From an uncultured cyanobacterium (GTDB taxonomy: Bacteria; Cyanobacteriota; Cyanobacteriia; PCC-9006; JAAUQQ01), in NCBI GenBank assembly GCA_963718615.1, contig OY970368.1:1344001-1408000 (forward strand): a stretch of DNA of 64,000 nucleotides, in the 5' to 3' direction. The translations under genes were made by a program, and so were the position numbers. The number at the start of each line of letters is the position of its first letter. Positions within the stretch are counted from its first letter, which is position 1. Below the pieces are notes generated by a model. That model had not been told where the DNA came from. It made no database searches and was given only the letters and a program-made list of their open reading frames with translations. Positions 21,550 through 30,860 of this stretch are shown piece after piece.

Positions 21550-22653
21550 TCAAAGTCTGCCCCTTAGTAAGGCATGTAAATGCTGAACTTGTTTATCTGT
21601 GCTATGATTTTTATACCAAATGTGTGCGCTGGTAGCAATATTTTGTAATTCATTTATAGGATAACGATATAAACTTGCGTGTGTGGATACCAAATAATGT
21701 TTAAAATTCTGTAGGCCATCCATAGCTTCGGATGGTTTTGAACTTACGATCGGCAAGAGTCCGTGTGCACAATAAGCAGCGAAAACTCCTGACTTTGCAA
21801 GATAACGGCTATCTCCATAATTAATGAATCCAGCAAATGATTCAGATAAAACTTGACTGATTGAGAACGTAGATAAACATCCGAGTTTTGTGATTGCAAT
21901 CTTTCCTAACCTCTCTTTTTTTAGATTGAGTGGTGGTCCAATGTCAATAATTTCGTTGATATTTAGTTGCTCACACATTTTTTGAATGCTCTTGAACGAA
22001 TATTTGTACGCTCGCTCTCTGTTGCCAACTTGACCAAAAATAACTAGCGTTCTCTTTCGTTTCGTTAATGGTATAATTATTTGGGGCTCTCCGACATTAG
22101 ATATGACTGGCAAGTTTGATATTTCTTCCTTTCGCTCAGGTATTAAGCATTTTAGGTGTCGTGCGTGGATTTCAATATTTGTCAGATTGATATTGCTTAA
22201 ATCGAGCAAATTTTTAACTAGATTCTTTTGACAAAAATGGCTTATCAAGCTAAACTTATAGTCGATTTTAGGCTTAATATAGAGTTCATGAAACATCGTG
22301 ACTATTTGGATGTTTTGCATTTTTAAAGATTGCAATCCTTTTAATAGCCAGACTGGACATCCTTTCGAATCATAGCCATATCCAGATAAATGAACTAACA
22401 CTATGGATGTAGAATTTATTTTCGCTATTTTAAGTGTTTCTAGAAAACTAGATTCTGATCGCTGTTCAATGCGTAAGACTTGAAAGTCATCAATATTTTC
22501 AATTATCGGACTATATGGATCACAAACAATAAAGAATGTCGTGATCCCTGTCTCTATGCGTAGTTTTTGAGCAATGCAGAGAGCGTAATCACCCACACCA
22601 TCAATCGCAGGTGGTAAACGCGGTACAATACAAATAATTTTCCTATCTATCAT
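21550..22653 (-). CDS. Glycosyltransferase (GT-B-like)
   Basis: PRLPPAIDGVGDYA, VTMFHELY, LAKSGVFAAYCAHG; cluster context. Confidence 0.75.
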   Translation of the reverse strand: MIDRKIICIVPRLPPAIDGVGDYALCIAQKLRIETGITTFFIVCDPYSPIIENIDDFQVLRIEQRSESSFLETLKIAKINSTSIVLVHLSGYGYDSKGCPVWLLKGLQSLKMQNIQIVTMFHELYIKPKIDYKFSLISHFCQKNLVKNLLDLSNINLTNIEIHARHLKCLIPERKEEISNLPVISNVGEPQIIIPLTKRKRTLVIFGQVGNRERAYKYSFKSIQKMCEQLNINEIIDIGPPLNLKKERLGKIAITKLGCLSTFSISQVLSESFAGFINYGDSRYLAKSGVFAAYCAHGLLPIVSSKPSEAMDGLQNFKHYLVSTHASLYRYPINELQNIATSAHIWYKNHSTDKQVQHLHALLRGRL

Positions 22654-22734
22654 ATTTTTAGATTGATTAAGTAAATTCTACAGAAAAAAATTCTCAATTC
22701 GTTGAATAGAAAATAGAAGCGAGAGACAATTTCG

Positions 22735-23913
22735 TTAACTTAGTGGCACGATTCCCCTTTCTTTAAGAAATTCGAAAAGTCTTAAACTCAGCTTGTCCCA
22801 GGTATGATTTTTCGCAATCTCTAATCTTTCTTTTGCTAACCAATTAGGATTTCTAATTGCAAATCTTATGTTTTTTGAGTATTCTTCTGGACTATTAGCG
22901 ATTAATATTACTTCTTTCCATAGATTGATTTCTGGCACAGTATTATTACTAACTATTGGTCGAGAGGTTCCCATATAGTCCCAAAGTTTTGTCGGACATA
23001 TACTCATGTTAAAACCTGACTTAGAATAACAGGTTAGGAGTACATCAAATGATTGCAAGAAATCTCCGAGTTGTTCATGTTTGACTTCTCCAATGAAATG
23101 AATATTATTTAGCTTTCTTAGTTCTTGATAAGCCATCCACCATTTATGATTTCCATCTTGCTTTTTTGGATAATGTCCTCCCAAAACAAAACTGATATCT
23201 GGTAATTCTTGAGCAACTTGGAGAAAATAATCAAAGTCAAAACCAGAACGTAAGGTTCCAATATATCCAGCAATAGGACGTTTTATATAAGATATATCAG
23301 ATGGAAGTGGCAAAGGTGATGATAAGGCATCCGATACCATAAACATTGGAGTGCACCCATTTGGAAGATGAAAAATTTTTTTAGCCTGATCTGGAAAACA
23401 CTCTTTTAGGAAATCAGTCCTATATTTTGCTGTACAAATTGTAATATCGGTATTAATGATTGCTTCTTGTTCTAAGGAAATTATTTTGTCAGATGTGCGG
23501 GGCCAGTAATATTGGTAATCGTCAAAATTGTAATATACTGCCGGAATTCTTAATGCTTGTGCAAGTTTATAATAATGAGGATAGGAACATACCAAAAGAC
23601 AAGGAGAGTCTTTTGTAAAGTCTCGTATGCAATGAGATAAAACTTTCTCTGAGATCCCCCAAAATACTGTCATCCATCCAGGTGGAAAGCAAATTCTTTG
23701 CTCCCAGATATTATTATCAACTGGATAGGCGTGAAGATCAATGAAATACTTTCCGTACAAATCCTTAAATTGTTTATTATTCTTAGGATTTAAAAAGAGA
23801 ATATCAAATGTAGATTGATACTGAGAGAATAGTTGTTGTGTCCAGTAACAAACACCATCTAAGACAATTATTTTAGGAGTGGAACCTCTCATAGACGATT
23901 CGATATTTACCAT
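22735..23913 (-). CDS. Glycosyltransferase (GT4/TuaH-like)
   Basis: LPNGC, RPIAGYIGTL, NIHFIG, CPTKLWDYMGTSRPIVS. Confidence 0.8.
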   Translation of the reverse strand: MVNIESSMRGSTPKIIVLDGVCYWTQQLFSQYQSTFDILFLNPKNNKQFKDLYGKYFIDLHAYPVDNNIWEQRICFPPGWMTVFWGISEKVLSHCIRDFTKDSPCLLVCSYPHYYKLAQALRIPAVYYNFDDYQYYWPRTSDKIISLEQEAIINTDITICTAKYRTDFLKECFPDQAKKIFHLPNGCTPMFMVSDALSSPLPLPSDISYIKRPIAGYIGTLRSGFDFDYFLQVAQELPDISFVLGGHYPKKQDGNHKWWMAYQELRKLNNIHFIGEVKHEQLGDFLQSFDVLLTCYSKSGFNMSICPTKLWDYMGTSRPIVSNNTVPEINLWKEVILIANSPEEYSKNIRFAIRNPNWLAKERLEIAKNHTWDKLSLRLFEFLKERGIVPLS

Positions 23914-23968
23914 AAGATGTACTTCCTAATATCTTCAAGGGGTTTCTTGCAAAGAGTGTATAAAATAT

Positions 23969-24058
23969 TATAGCAGTTCTCATATTTATGAGAACGCCAT
24001 AAATCTCTGCTTGTAATGTTTATTAGGTTCATCGCTGTAGTCTATAGTTCTGACATCC
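23969..24058 (+). repeat. 90-bp repeat copy A (inverted partner of 27075-27164), containing palindrome TCTCATA-TT-TATGAGA
   Basis: Ungapped hand alignment to the reverse complement of 27075-27164 gives 75/90 identity. Confidence 0.9.
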
Positions 24059-24090
24059 GCTATGGTTATTTAATACATTTGTCCCTCTAC

Positions 24091-25077
24091 TTAATTGTTA
24101 AGATTTATCTTGCCTTTCTGTGTTTTGACGTTAAAATCTATGCCTGAATTTCCAAGTATCTTGAAACGATTATCTCTTTTAGATCTAACAAAATCTATTT
24201 TTGCCTTAAGTTTTCCTATTCTCATGTATTGATAGTGTTGAGTATTGAGAGTTTTTGTAAGATTTTTGATGACGCAAAAAAGCTTGTATAGAAAAATTTG
24301 AGCATAACTAGTTTTTTCCAGACCTCTCGCAAGATACAATAAATGATTGGAGTAAGCAACTGATTGTACTAGCCGGTTAAGATAAGATAATTCAAGACGC
24401 TTTGATGGAATTAGATGAACTAATTTTAATTTAGGAGATACACCGACACCAAATCCCATATCACATGCTGTTAAACCTATATCAGTATCTTCACTCGCGA
24501 GAAGTGAGTCTCCTTTTCTACCTAAAGATAAGCGAAGTGGATTTTTAGAAACGGTGAGAAAATATTCTTGAGCAACATCGCGACGAATTGACATTCCTGC
24601 TCCATGAGGTAAAGGAGCTTCTTTATAGTTATTGGAAAAAAATTCTTGCTCGACCTTACGAATTGCAAGAAAAGACCAGTATGCTTCCGTCAGATAATTA
24701 GGAACTTCTTCAAAAGCCGGCTCTATAGAACCGCTCCAAACAGCTACATTAGGAAACTTCTTGTTTAGCTTATCGATTTGCTCTAGATAATCATTTCCTA
24801 GAAGATTATCGTCATCAACAAAAACTAACAGATTACCTTTTGCCTCTCTTATTCCACGAATTCTTGCCATAGTCAATCCTATGCTACATTCAGAAATAAC
24901 TTTACAAAAAGTAGGAATCTGTAGGCTTGATAATTCAGTGATTGCGGGTTGGCTAGCATTATCAACGATGATGCATTCCCAAAACTCTTTATCGAGGGTT
25001 TGTCGACTTAAAGAGTCAAACACTTTGTTTAGATAATCAATTCTTGGATTGTTAGTGCACAAAATTACGCTTAGCAT
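24091..25077 (-). CDS. Glycosyltransferase family 2
   Basis: SVILCTNNPR, IIVDNAS, VFVDDD (DXD), SEDTD. Confidence 0.9.
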   Translation of the reverse strand: MLSVILCTNNPRIDYLNKVFDSLSRQTLDKEFWECIIVDNASQPAITELSSLQIPTFCKVISECSIGLTMARIRGIREAKGNLLVFVDDDNLLGNDYLEQIDKLNKKFPNVAVWSGSIEPAFEEVPNYLTEAYWSFLAIRKVEQEFFSNNYKEAPLPHGAGMSIRRDVAQEYFLTVSKNPLRLSLGRKGDSLLASEDTDIGLTACDMGFGVGVSPKLKLVHLIPSKRLELSYLNRLVQSVAYSNHLLYLARGLEKTSYAQIFLYKLFCVIKNLTKTLNTQHYQYMRIGKLKAKIDFVRSKRDNRFKILGNSGIDFNVKTQKGKINLNN

Positions 25078-25093
25078 ATATCCTCTCAATTAT

Positions 25094-25900
25094 TTAGTTT
25101 CTATCTGGAGACTGCTTAAATCTTTTCTTAATTGCTGATATCAATGCCTTTGTGCTACTAAAAAAACTAATAATATAAATCTCAATTTTCTGTCTGTAAG
25201 ACAAGTCTCTACGATATTTCTTGACAATAGAATCAATCCTATAATGCATATTGCCATTGCGCATATCCTGAAAGGTTTTGGTGCCTTTACAAAGCCGAAA
25301 ATTTCCCCAAACTTCATCAAAGTAGTAGACGTTTGCTTCTTGAATAGCTCTTAGAATGAAATCGAGATCCATAGCAAAATGCTCAGTTTCTAAGTAAACT
25401 CCAACCAAGCCATGAAGGGACTTATGATAGAAATATGCTGATGGGTTACAAGGATAGGGTGTAAGTTTAGGTAGTATTAATAGATCGCGGAGCTTTAATC
25501 TCGATGGTTTGTTGACAACAATAACTTCTCCCGATTCATTGACGATGTTGCAGTTGCCTACGACAAAACTAGGATCTTCTAATCCGTTGAAGATACTATT
25601 AATTCTATTGAGAATATCGGGTTCGTAATAATCATCGACGTTTAAGAAACCAAGAATATTTCCTTTAGATAAGCGAATTCCTTTGTTCATAGCATCTGAT
25701 TGACCTTGGTCTCGCTCTGAAATCCATCGTATATGTGTATTGTGACTAGCATAGCTCGCGATTATCTCAAGAGTTTTATCTGTTGAGCCTCCATCTATAA
25801 AAATATGTTCTAAGTTAGAGCATTTTTGAGCGACTACATTAAGAATGCATTGTTCAACGAAGCGTTCACCGTTATACACTGGGGTAATAATGCTTATCAT
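25094..25900 (-). CDS. Glycosyltransferase family 2 (WcaE-like)
   Basis: ISIITPVYN, IDGGSTD, ERDQGQSDAMNKG, LNVDD. Likely start ATG 25900. Confidence 0.9.
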   Translation of the reverse strand: MISIITPVYNGERFVEQCILNVVAQKCSNLEHIFIDGGSTDKTLEIIASYASHNTHIRWISERDQGQSDAMNKGIRLSKGNILGFLNVDDYYEPDILNRINSIFNGLEDPSFVVGNCNIVNESGEVIVVNKPSRLKLRDLLILPKLTPYPCNPSAYFYHKSLHGLVGVYLETEHFAMDLDFILRAIQEANVYYFDEVWGNFRLCKGTKTFQDMRNGNMHYRIDSIVKKYRRDLSYRQKIEIYIISFFSSTKALISAIKKRFKQSPDRN

Positions 25901-26289
25901 GAATTCTTGAAGAGAGTGATATCTTCGCATCGTGGATAAAGATATTGTCAATCAAGTTGATTTAAGAGCTTAATATATTTATTAAAAATGTTTGCTTTTC
26001 CAAAGAGTATAGCCCTACTGCTTAATTGCCAAATATCTACTAATGTTCATATCTTTTATGACTTTAACTTCTCTTTGTATACGTAGAGGCAGTCGATCTG
26101 AAGACTATACGTATGCAATAAATGCCTTATATTCCAGTGTAAATAGACAAAGATTTGCATGAAATCAATAGACTTTCTGTATGAATAGAAACTAGTGACA
26201 TGGCAACGATGGTTTTAGTTTTCAAATACGGATCTGTGCAAGAAGTCTAATATAGACATAGCTTTTATAACTTTCTGTCTAACAGAATG

Positions 26290-27027
26290 TTAGCACTCAA
26301 TAGGCGTAAAAATATAGTTTTCTTTTGAACTAGTAACGCGTATCATGTCTTCTAGTTTTTGGCATTGATAATTGAGGCTATACAGGAGGGATATAACTGC
26401 ATTAAGGTTATGATCTTTGACCTCGACAAGAATTGTAGGACGATAACGATTTAAGGTTTGCATTGCTCCTGTGAGTACTTCGAGCTCATGCCCTTCTACA
26501 TCAATTTTGATTAGTGAAGGTGATGAAATTTTGCAAGAATCAAGCGTACAAACTTGCACATGTTTTTTGATGTGTTCTTGAGTGTCCGGACAATTATTGG
26601 GTCTTAGGCTTGCCCATCCATAAAGATTTAATCCATTTCGTACCGGTATATAAAGAATCGCATTTCCATCTTTTGAGGATAATCCTTTGTGAATGATCTC
26701 AATATTGCCTGGATTATAAGCAGATAAATCATGAGTTAGATCGCTATTGACTTCAAAAGCATAAACTTTGGCAAAATGTTTCGACATTTTGTATGTAAAT
26801 AGTCCTTGATTTGCTCCAACGTCAATTGCCACATCTCCCTGTTTGACAATACTGTCTAAATGTTTCAATTCATTTTCATATTGACCTTCAATGAGATGAA
26901 TATGGTACAAAAAAGGTAGATTTAGTCTTTTGGGAATCAAGGGTAAAAAAAGTTTTCTTATAGTTTTTGAAATAACTATTCGGCAGTAGGAATAGAAGCC
27001 TCTTTTTAAGGAATACGAATCTACCAT
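26290..27027 (-). CDS. FkbM family methyltransferase
   Basis: AIDVGANQG, VYAFE, LIKIDVEGHELEVL. Confidence 0.92.
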   Translation of the reverse strand: MVDSYSLKRGFYSYCRIVISKTIRKLFLPLIPKRLNLPFLYHIHLIEGQYENELKHLDSIVKQGDVAIDVGANQGLFTYKMSKHFAKVYAFEVNSDLTHDLSAYNPGNIEIIHKGLSSKDGNAILYIPVRNGLNLYGWASLRPNNCPDTQEHIKKHVQVCTLDSCKISSPSLIKIDVEGHELEVLTGAMQTLNRYRPTILVEVKDHNLNAVISLLYSLNYQCQKLEDMIRVTSSKENYIFTPIEC

Positions 27028-27074
27028 ATGAATGAATTCTCCTAGGATTAGAGTAAATTAAAATGGATTATTCT

Positions 27075-27164
27075 GGATCTCAGAACTATAGACTACAGCA
27101 ATAAACCTCATAAGCTTTACAAACAGAGGCTTATAGCGCTCTCATATTTATGAGACCCGCTATA
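27075..27164 (-). repeat. 90-bp repeat copy B (inverted partner of 23969-24058)
   Basis: See copy A. Contains TATAGCGCTCTCATA-TT-TATGAGACCCGCTATA. Confidence 0.9.
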
Positions 27165-27772
27165 TTAAAATGAAAGACAGTGCTTCTTCGTAAATGATAG
27201 AGGGAATCTCATTGAGGTCATTGCTCTCCATTTTTGTCTTTGATTAGATGGTTGTACTCATGTAATGAAACTTCACATTACACAGACAGAGTTTTCCAGC
27301 TTCTGCGACTCTATAAGGGGTTAACAGCCTGTGTGGTTTAAACACATGCTGCATTATTGTGAATGATCGCGTCAAACCCTTTCTTGGTGAGGATTTTAGG
27401 CTTGCCCACAGGTGCTGGTGAGAAATATGAGATAAGCTGTTTGCCTCCACAATGGATGTTCGTTCAAAATCCTGAGTCTGCATGGATATACCCGAGCGTA
27501 TACCTTAAGGTATTTCCTTCTACTCAGGATATAGCTCAATATCAGGAAGAATACTCAACAACATTGTAGCCTTTGCAAAAAAATCGTCAAAACCACATAG
27601 ACGCCAGCGGTATAGGCATGGTCAGACCCTGTCGCCGATGTCCGACGGCGGCTTAGGAAATTGACTGTGAACCATCGCTCCTTGCTCCTAGCAAGTTCAG
27701 TGCTTTTGTACCATCCGCTTTTTGCGGGTGGGTGAGCCAATTTTCGCGGCACGACCCTGGCTGCTTACCGTT

Positions 27773-28459
27773 TTACTCAAGTGCTTCTGGGTCAACGCCA
27801 AGTTCTCGTAACTTGGCAGCAAATCGTTCTTTGGCTTGCTGTTCTTGGTCGGCTCGCTGCCGTTCTTGGTTAGCTCGCTGCCGTTCTTGGTCAGCTTGCT
27901 GAGACAGCTCAACCGTCGTGAAAAAGGCCCGACCGTCGGGGTAATAGACTTGGAGTGTCTCGTCTGTGAGAAGAAACCGAATCCCAAGATTGGGACTGAT
28001 CCAGTCGTTTATTGTATCAATGACGTCTAGATGTCCATCAACGCGCTGTAGACCGCTCAGGTCGTTCCGATCTGGATCGTAGATATAGTATTCTTCGACG
28101 CCGTGGCGATCGTAAAACTGAAGTTTTTTGGTCATTTCCGTGAGCCGATTGCCAGGAGACAGGATCTCGAAGACCACCTGGGGAACAATGTTATCCTCTT
28201 GCCACTGGCGATAGGAGCCTCTGTCTCCTTTCGGACGCCCGAGGGCGACCATGACATCGGGGGCTACGCGGATTTCGGGATGTCCTTCTAGGGGATACCA
28301 CAGTAGGTCTCCGGCTACAAAGACGTTGGGATTATTGGCATACAAACATTCGAGGTTTTCTTTGAGCAAGACAATCCACCGAAACTGCTGAGTATTGTCT
28401 GCCATGGGCTGTCCGTCGCTGTCGGGGTAGAGTATCTCACGGTCTACTGAAAGCACCAT
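27773..28459 (-). CDS. Uma2 (DUF820) family protein
   Basis: YPDSDGQPMADNT, VAPDVMV, VVFEILSPGN, GVEEYYIYDP, QERQRA coiled-coil repeats. GAGGAG RBS before ATG 28459. Confidence 0.92.
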   Translation of the reverse strand: MVLSVDREILYPDSDGQPMADNTQQFRWIVLLKENLECLYANNPNVFVAGDLLWYPLEGHPEIRVAPDVMVALGRPKGDRGSYRQWQEDNIVPQVVFEILSPGNRLTEMTKKLQFYDRHGVEEYYIYDPDRNDLSGLQRVDGHLDVIDTINDWISPNLGIRFLLTDETLQVYYPDGRAFFTTVELSQQADQERQRANQERQRADQEQQAKERFAAKLRELGVDPEALE

Positions 28460-28633
28460 GGCCGATATGCTCCTCTTGGGGCTGGGGTGGGGGAATTCCG
28501 AAGGAAGCTTGCTGCACCATCGCTCCCAACATTTTCCCATTTTAACAAGGGGGATTCTGAAGCCCTAGGGAACAGAGGAGCCGTGCTCGCAAACTTGGGC
28601 TCTGAAGAATCAATAAATGTAAGCCTCGCAATC

Positions 28634-28823
28634 CTAGTCTTCCTCAATCCCCAGCTCCCGCAGTTTTTCTGCCCGTTTTTCTGCCCGTTCTCGTTCCCGC
28701 TTAGCCCGAAAATCAGTCTGGTCGGCGCGCTCTTACTCTTGGTCGGCCCGTAGCCGTTCCTGCATCACTTCCTCCGCCAGCTCCACGGTGGTCAGAAACC
28801 GCCTGCCATCAGGTAATACACCA
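28634..28823 (-). pseudogene. 3' remnant of another Uma2 gene
   Basis: PDGRRFLTTVELAEEVMQERLRADQE*ERADQTDFRAKRERERAEKRAEKLRELGIEED* parallels the C-terminus of 27773-28459. Internal TAA at 28733; the 5' part is missing. Confidence 0.75.
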
Positions 28824-28859
28824 TTTCCGAGTGGTGATTCTTTCTCAGAATCCCTCATT

Positions 28860-28887
28860 GAGCGATCGCGATGAGCCGCGATCGCTC
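28860..28887. terminator. Hairpin with an 11-bp perfect stem whose arms each contain a HIP1 site, downstream of tal
   Basis: GAGCGATCGCG-ATGAGC-CGCGATCGCTC. The TTTT run is on the + strand, so a terminator role for minus-strand tal is uncertain. Confidence 0.4.
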
Positions 28888-28940
28888 TTTTGATGGGTCT
28901 AAACTCCAGCTTTAAGCAACGCCTCTTTTTGTCTTCGGCC

Positions 28941-30116
28941 CTAGACCTTGGCAAAATGCAAGAGCGCCCCTAGACCCGAGCCCAGCTCTTCAGGGGTAAT
29001 CTTACCATCTCGATTTTCGTCGAGTGCGTCAAAGACAGCATCGGTTCCCATCCACTCTTCGCGGGTGATAAACCCATCGCCATCCAGGTCATAGACGTGG
29101 AAAATGTCCTCTGCGGCATGACTGACGGTGGCTTCGCTAGACAGCTTGCTGAGGCGCTGGGCTAACAGGTTTTCCAGATTTTCCAAGGCTTTAGTAAACC
29201 CTTTGATGCCTTCGTCTAGCTTCTCCGAGGCCATGGCGTCCTCGGCGTGCATCCGATCAAACGTGGCCCGATCCATGGAGATTTTTTCGAGCGATGCATT
29301 TACCGCCGCTTTAGGATCTAGTTGACGGGGCAGGTCTGCTTCCGTGCTTTTCAGTTCTGCCAAAAACTGAGGTGAGATCGTGAGCAAATCGCAACCGGCC
29401 AGCTCGGTAATCTCGCCGGTGTTGCGGAAGCTGGCTCCCATCACCTCCGTGGCATAGCCAAACTTCTTGTAGTAGTTGTAGATTTGGGTCACCGACTGCA
29501 CACCAGGATCCTCGGCGGGGGGATAGCTGTCGCGGCCACTTTGCTTTTTGTACCAGTCGAGGATGCGACCGACAAAGGGGGAAATTAGGGTTACTCCGGC
29601 CTCGGCACAGGCGATCGCCTGATGCAACCCAAACAACAACGTCAAGTTGCAGTGAATCCCTTCCTTTTCCAGCACTTCAGCCGCGCGGATGCCTTCCCAG
29701 GTGGAGGCGATCTTGATCAGGATGCGATCGCGAGCAATCCCCGCCGCCTCATACTGGCCGATCAGTTCTCGGGCCTGCTGAATCGTAGCGTCTGTGTCGT
29801 AGGACAGCCGAGCATCGACTTCTGTGGAAACGCGACCGGGAATAATTTCTAAAATCTTGAGGCCAAAGGCAACGGCCAATCGCTGAAACGCGAGTTTGAC
29901 AATGTCGTCTTCCGATGCGTCACTTCCGGCATCGGCTTGAGCTTTCTGGAGCGTATCGTCCACAATGCTGCGGCATTCCGGCATTTGGGCGGCGGCGGTG
30001 ATCAGTGAAGGGTTGGTGGTGGCGTCGTGGGGGGTAAATTTCTCGATCGCCTGGATATCGCCGGTATCCGCCACCACGACGGTCATCTTGCGAAGCTGGT
30101 CTAGCAAATTGGACAT
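28941..30116 (-). CDS. tal: Transaldolase with C-terminal EF-hand domain
   Basis: [37 protein letters not shown]-hand loops [12 protein letters not shown] and [12 protein letters not shown]. Start ATG 30116. Confidence 0.95.
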   Translation of the reverse strand: MSNLLDQLRKMTVVVADTGDIQAIEKFTPHDATTNPSLITAAAQMPECRSIVDDTLQKAQADAGSDASEDDIVKLAFQRLAVAFGLKILEIIPGRVSTEVDARLSYDTDATIQQARELIGQYEAAGIARDRILIKIASTWEGIRAAEVLEKEGIHCNLTLLFGLHQAIACAEAGVTLISPFVGRILDWYKKQSGRDSYPPAEDPGVQSVTQIYNYYKKFGYATEVMGASFRNTGEITELAGCDLLTISPQFLAELKSTEADLPRQLDPKAAVNASLEKISMDRATFDRMHAEDAMASEKLDEGIKGFTKALENLENLLAQRLSKLSSEATVSHAAEDIFHVYDLDGDGFITREEWMGTDAVFDALDENRDGKITPEELGSGLGALLHFAKV

Positions 30117-30407
30117 GAGGGCGCTAACTCCTACCGATGTAACGTATGGGGGGTCTATTAAGGATCGTGCCCTGTAAATTTGAGTCTGGGCCACTTCTAG
30201 CAACAAACCGTAAATACTAGACGAGCGAGTCCTGGCTCGAAGTAGGGTTGTAACAACGAAACCTCAAGCGCTGGAAGGCGATCCCCGGATCAAATAAAGC
30301 CCTACCTCAACGAGATAGAGCTTTGAGATTCATGATGTTTGGGGTGATCCCTAACCGCAAATCAATTTGGGGAGTTCAGATTCGTGGTGTTTGGGACTGC
30401 GATCGCC

Positions 30408-30647
30408 CTAGCCATTGCTGGGGAGTACGCGGCTTGCAAACGCATCGGAAACCACAAACCCAGGGACACGATTGTTACTTTCTGTATCTTGAGCGGTCAC
30501 GGTCAGGGCAATGCGCTCAAAGCCTTGAGAATTCCAGTTGCGCTCGTGGATGGGCTTGGTTTGCTCGCCCCGGAAATAGGCTTGGGTGCCCAGGACTGCC
30601 GCTGCGACCCAACCGACGACGATGACTGCGAATAATACGGTGAACAT
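30408..30647 (-). CDS. Small single-TM cyanobacterial protein (Psb35-related family)
   Basis: TM helix followed by GTQAYFRGEQTKPIHERNW; AAGGAGG RBS. The family name is from recall. Confidence 0.7.
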   Translation of the reverse strand: MFTVLFAVIVVGWVAAAVLGTQAYFRGEQTKPIHERNWNSQGFERIALTVTAQDTESNNRVPGFVVSDAFASRVLPSNG

Positions 30648-30676
30648 GGAGACCTCCTTGAGGTATCGCTTGCTTT

Positions 30677-30715
30677 CTTGTTAACCAATGTAACGCAATT
30701 GTTTAGAAATGTAAA
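30677..30715 (-). promoter_or_regulatory. HLR1-like (RpaB) direct-repeat array
   Basis: Minus strand reads TTTACATT-TC-TAAACAAT-TGC-GTTACATT-GG-TTAACAAG, against HLR1 (G/T)TTACA(T/A)(T/A)-N2-repeat. Confidence 0.6.
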
Positions 30716-30796
30716 TTTTTTAGGTTCGGATCACCGCATCTCTTCCGAAAGGCTTAGTTTTCCATGACTGTCAAACCATAGATTTTGTCAAGATCA

Positions 30797-30823
30797 AGGG
30801 ACAGGACATTGCCCTGTCCCTAC
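30797..30823. repeat. REP-like palindrome
   Basis: AGGGACAGGACA-T-TGCCCTGTCCCT followed by AC, resembling cyanobacterial GTAGGG...CCCTAC short dispersed repeats. Confidence 0.65.
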
Positions 30824-30860
30824 AGGGTTTATCTCTCAAATCGGCAATGCCCTGGATTCC

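Larger units (their letters stand above)
15047..27164 (-). mobile_element. AT-rich, HIP1-free polysaccharide biosynthesis island (probably horizontally acquired; no mobility genes)
   Basis: Abrupt drop in GC. No GCGATCGC found by eye between ~13981 and ~28862. Eleven co-oriented glycan genes. Confidence 0.65.

Noticed and set aside
27244-27752. Small ORFs at the island's right edge
   Set aside because: No recognisable motifs; more likely promoter or leader DNA.
27836-27900. 21-bp tandem repeats as a possible CRISPR
   Set aside because: They encode the QERQRA coiled coil of Uma2 and have no spacers. No CRISPR array or cas gene was seen in the window.
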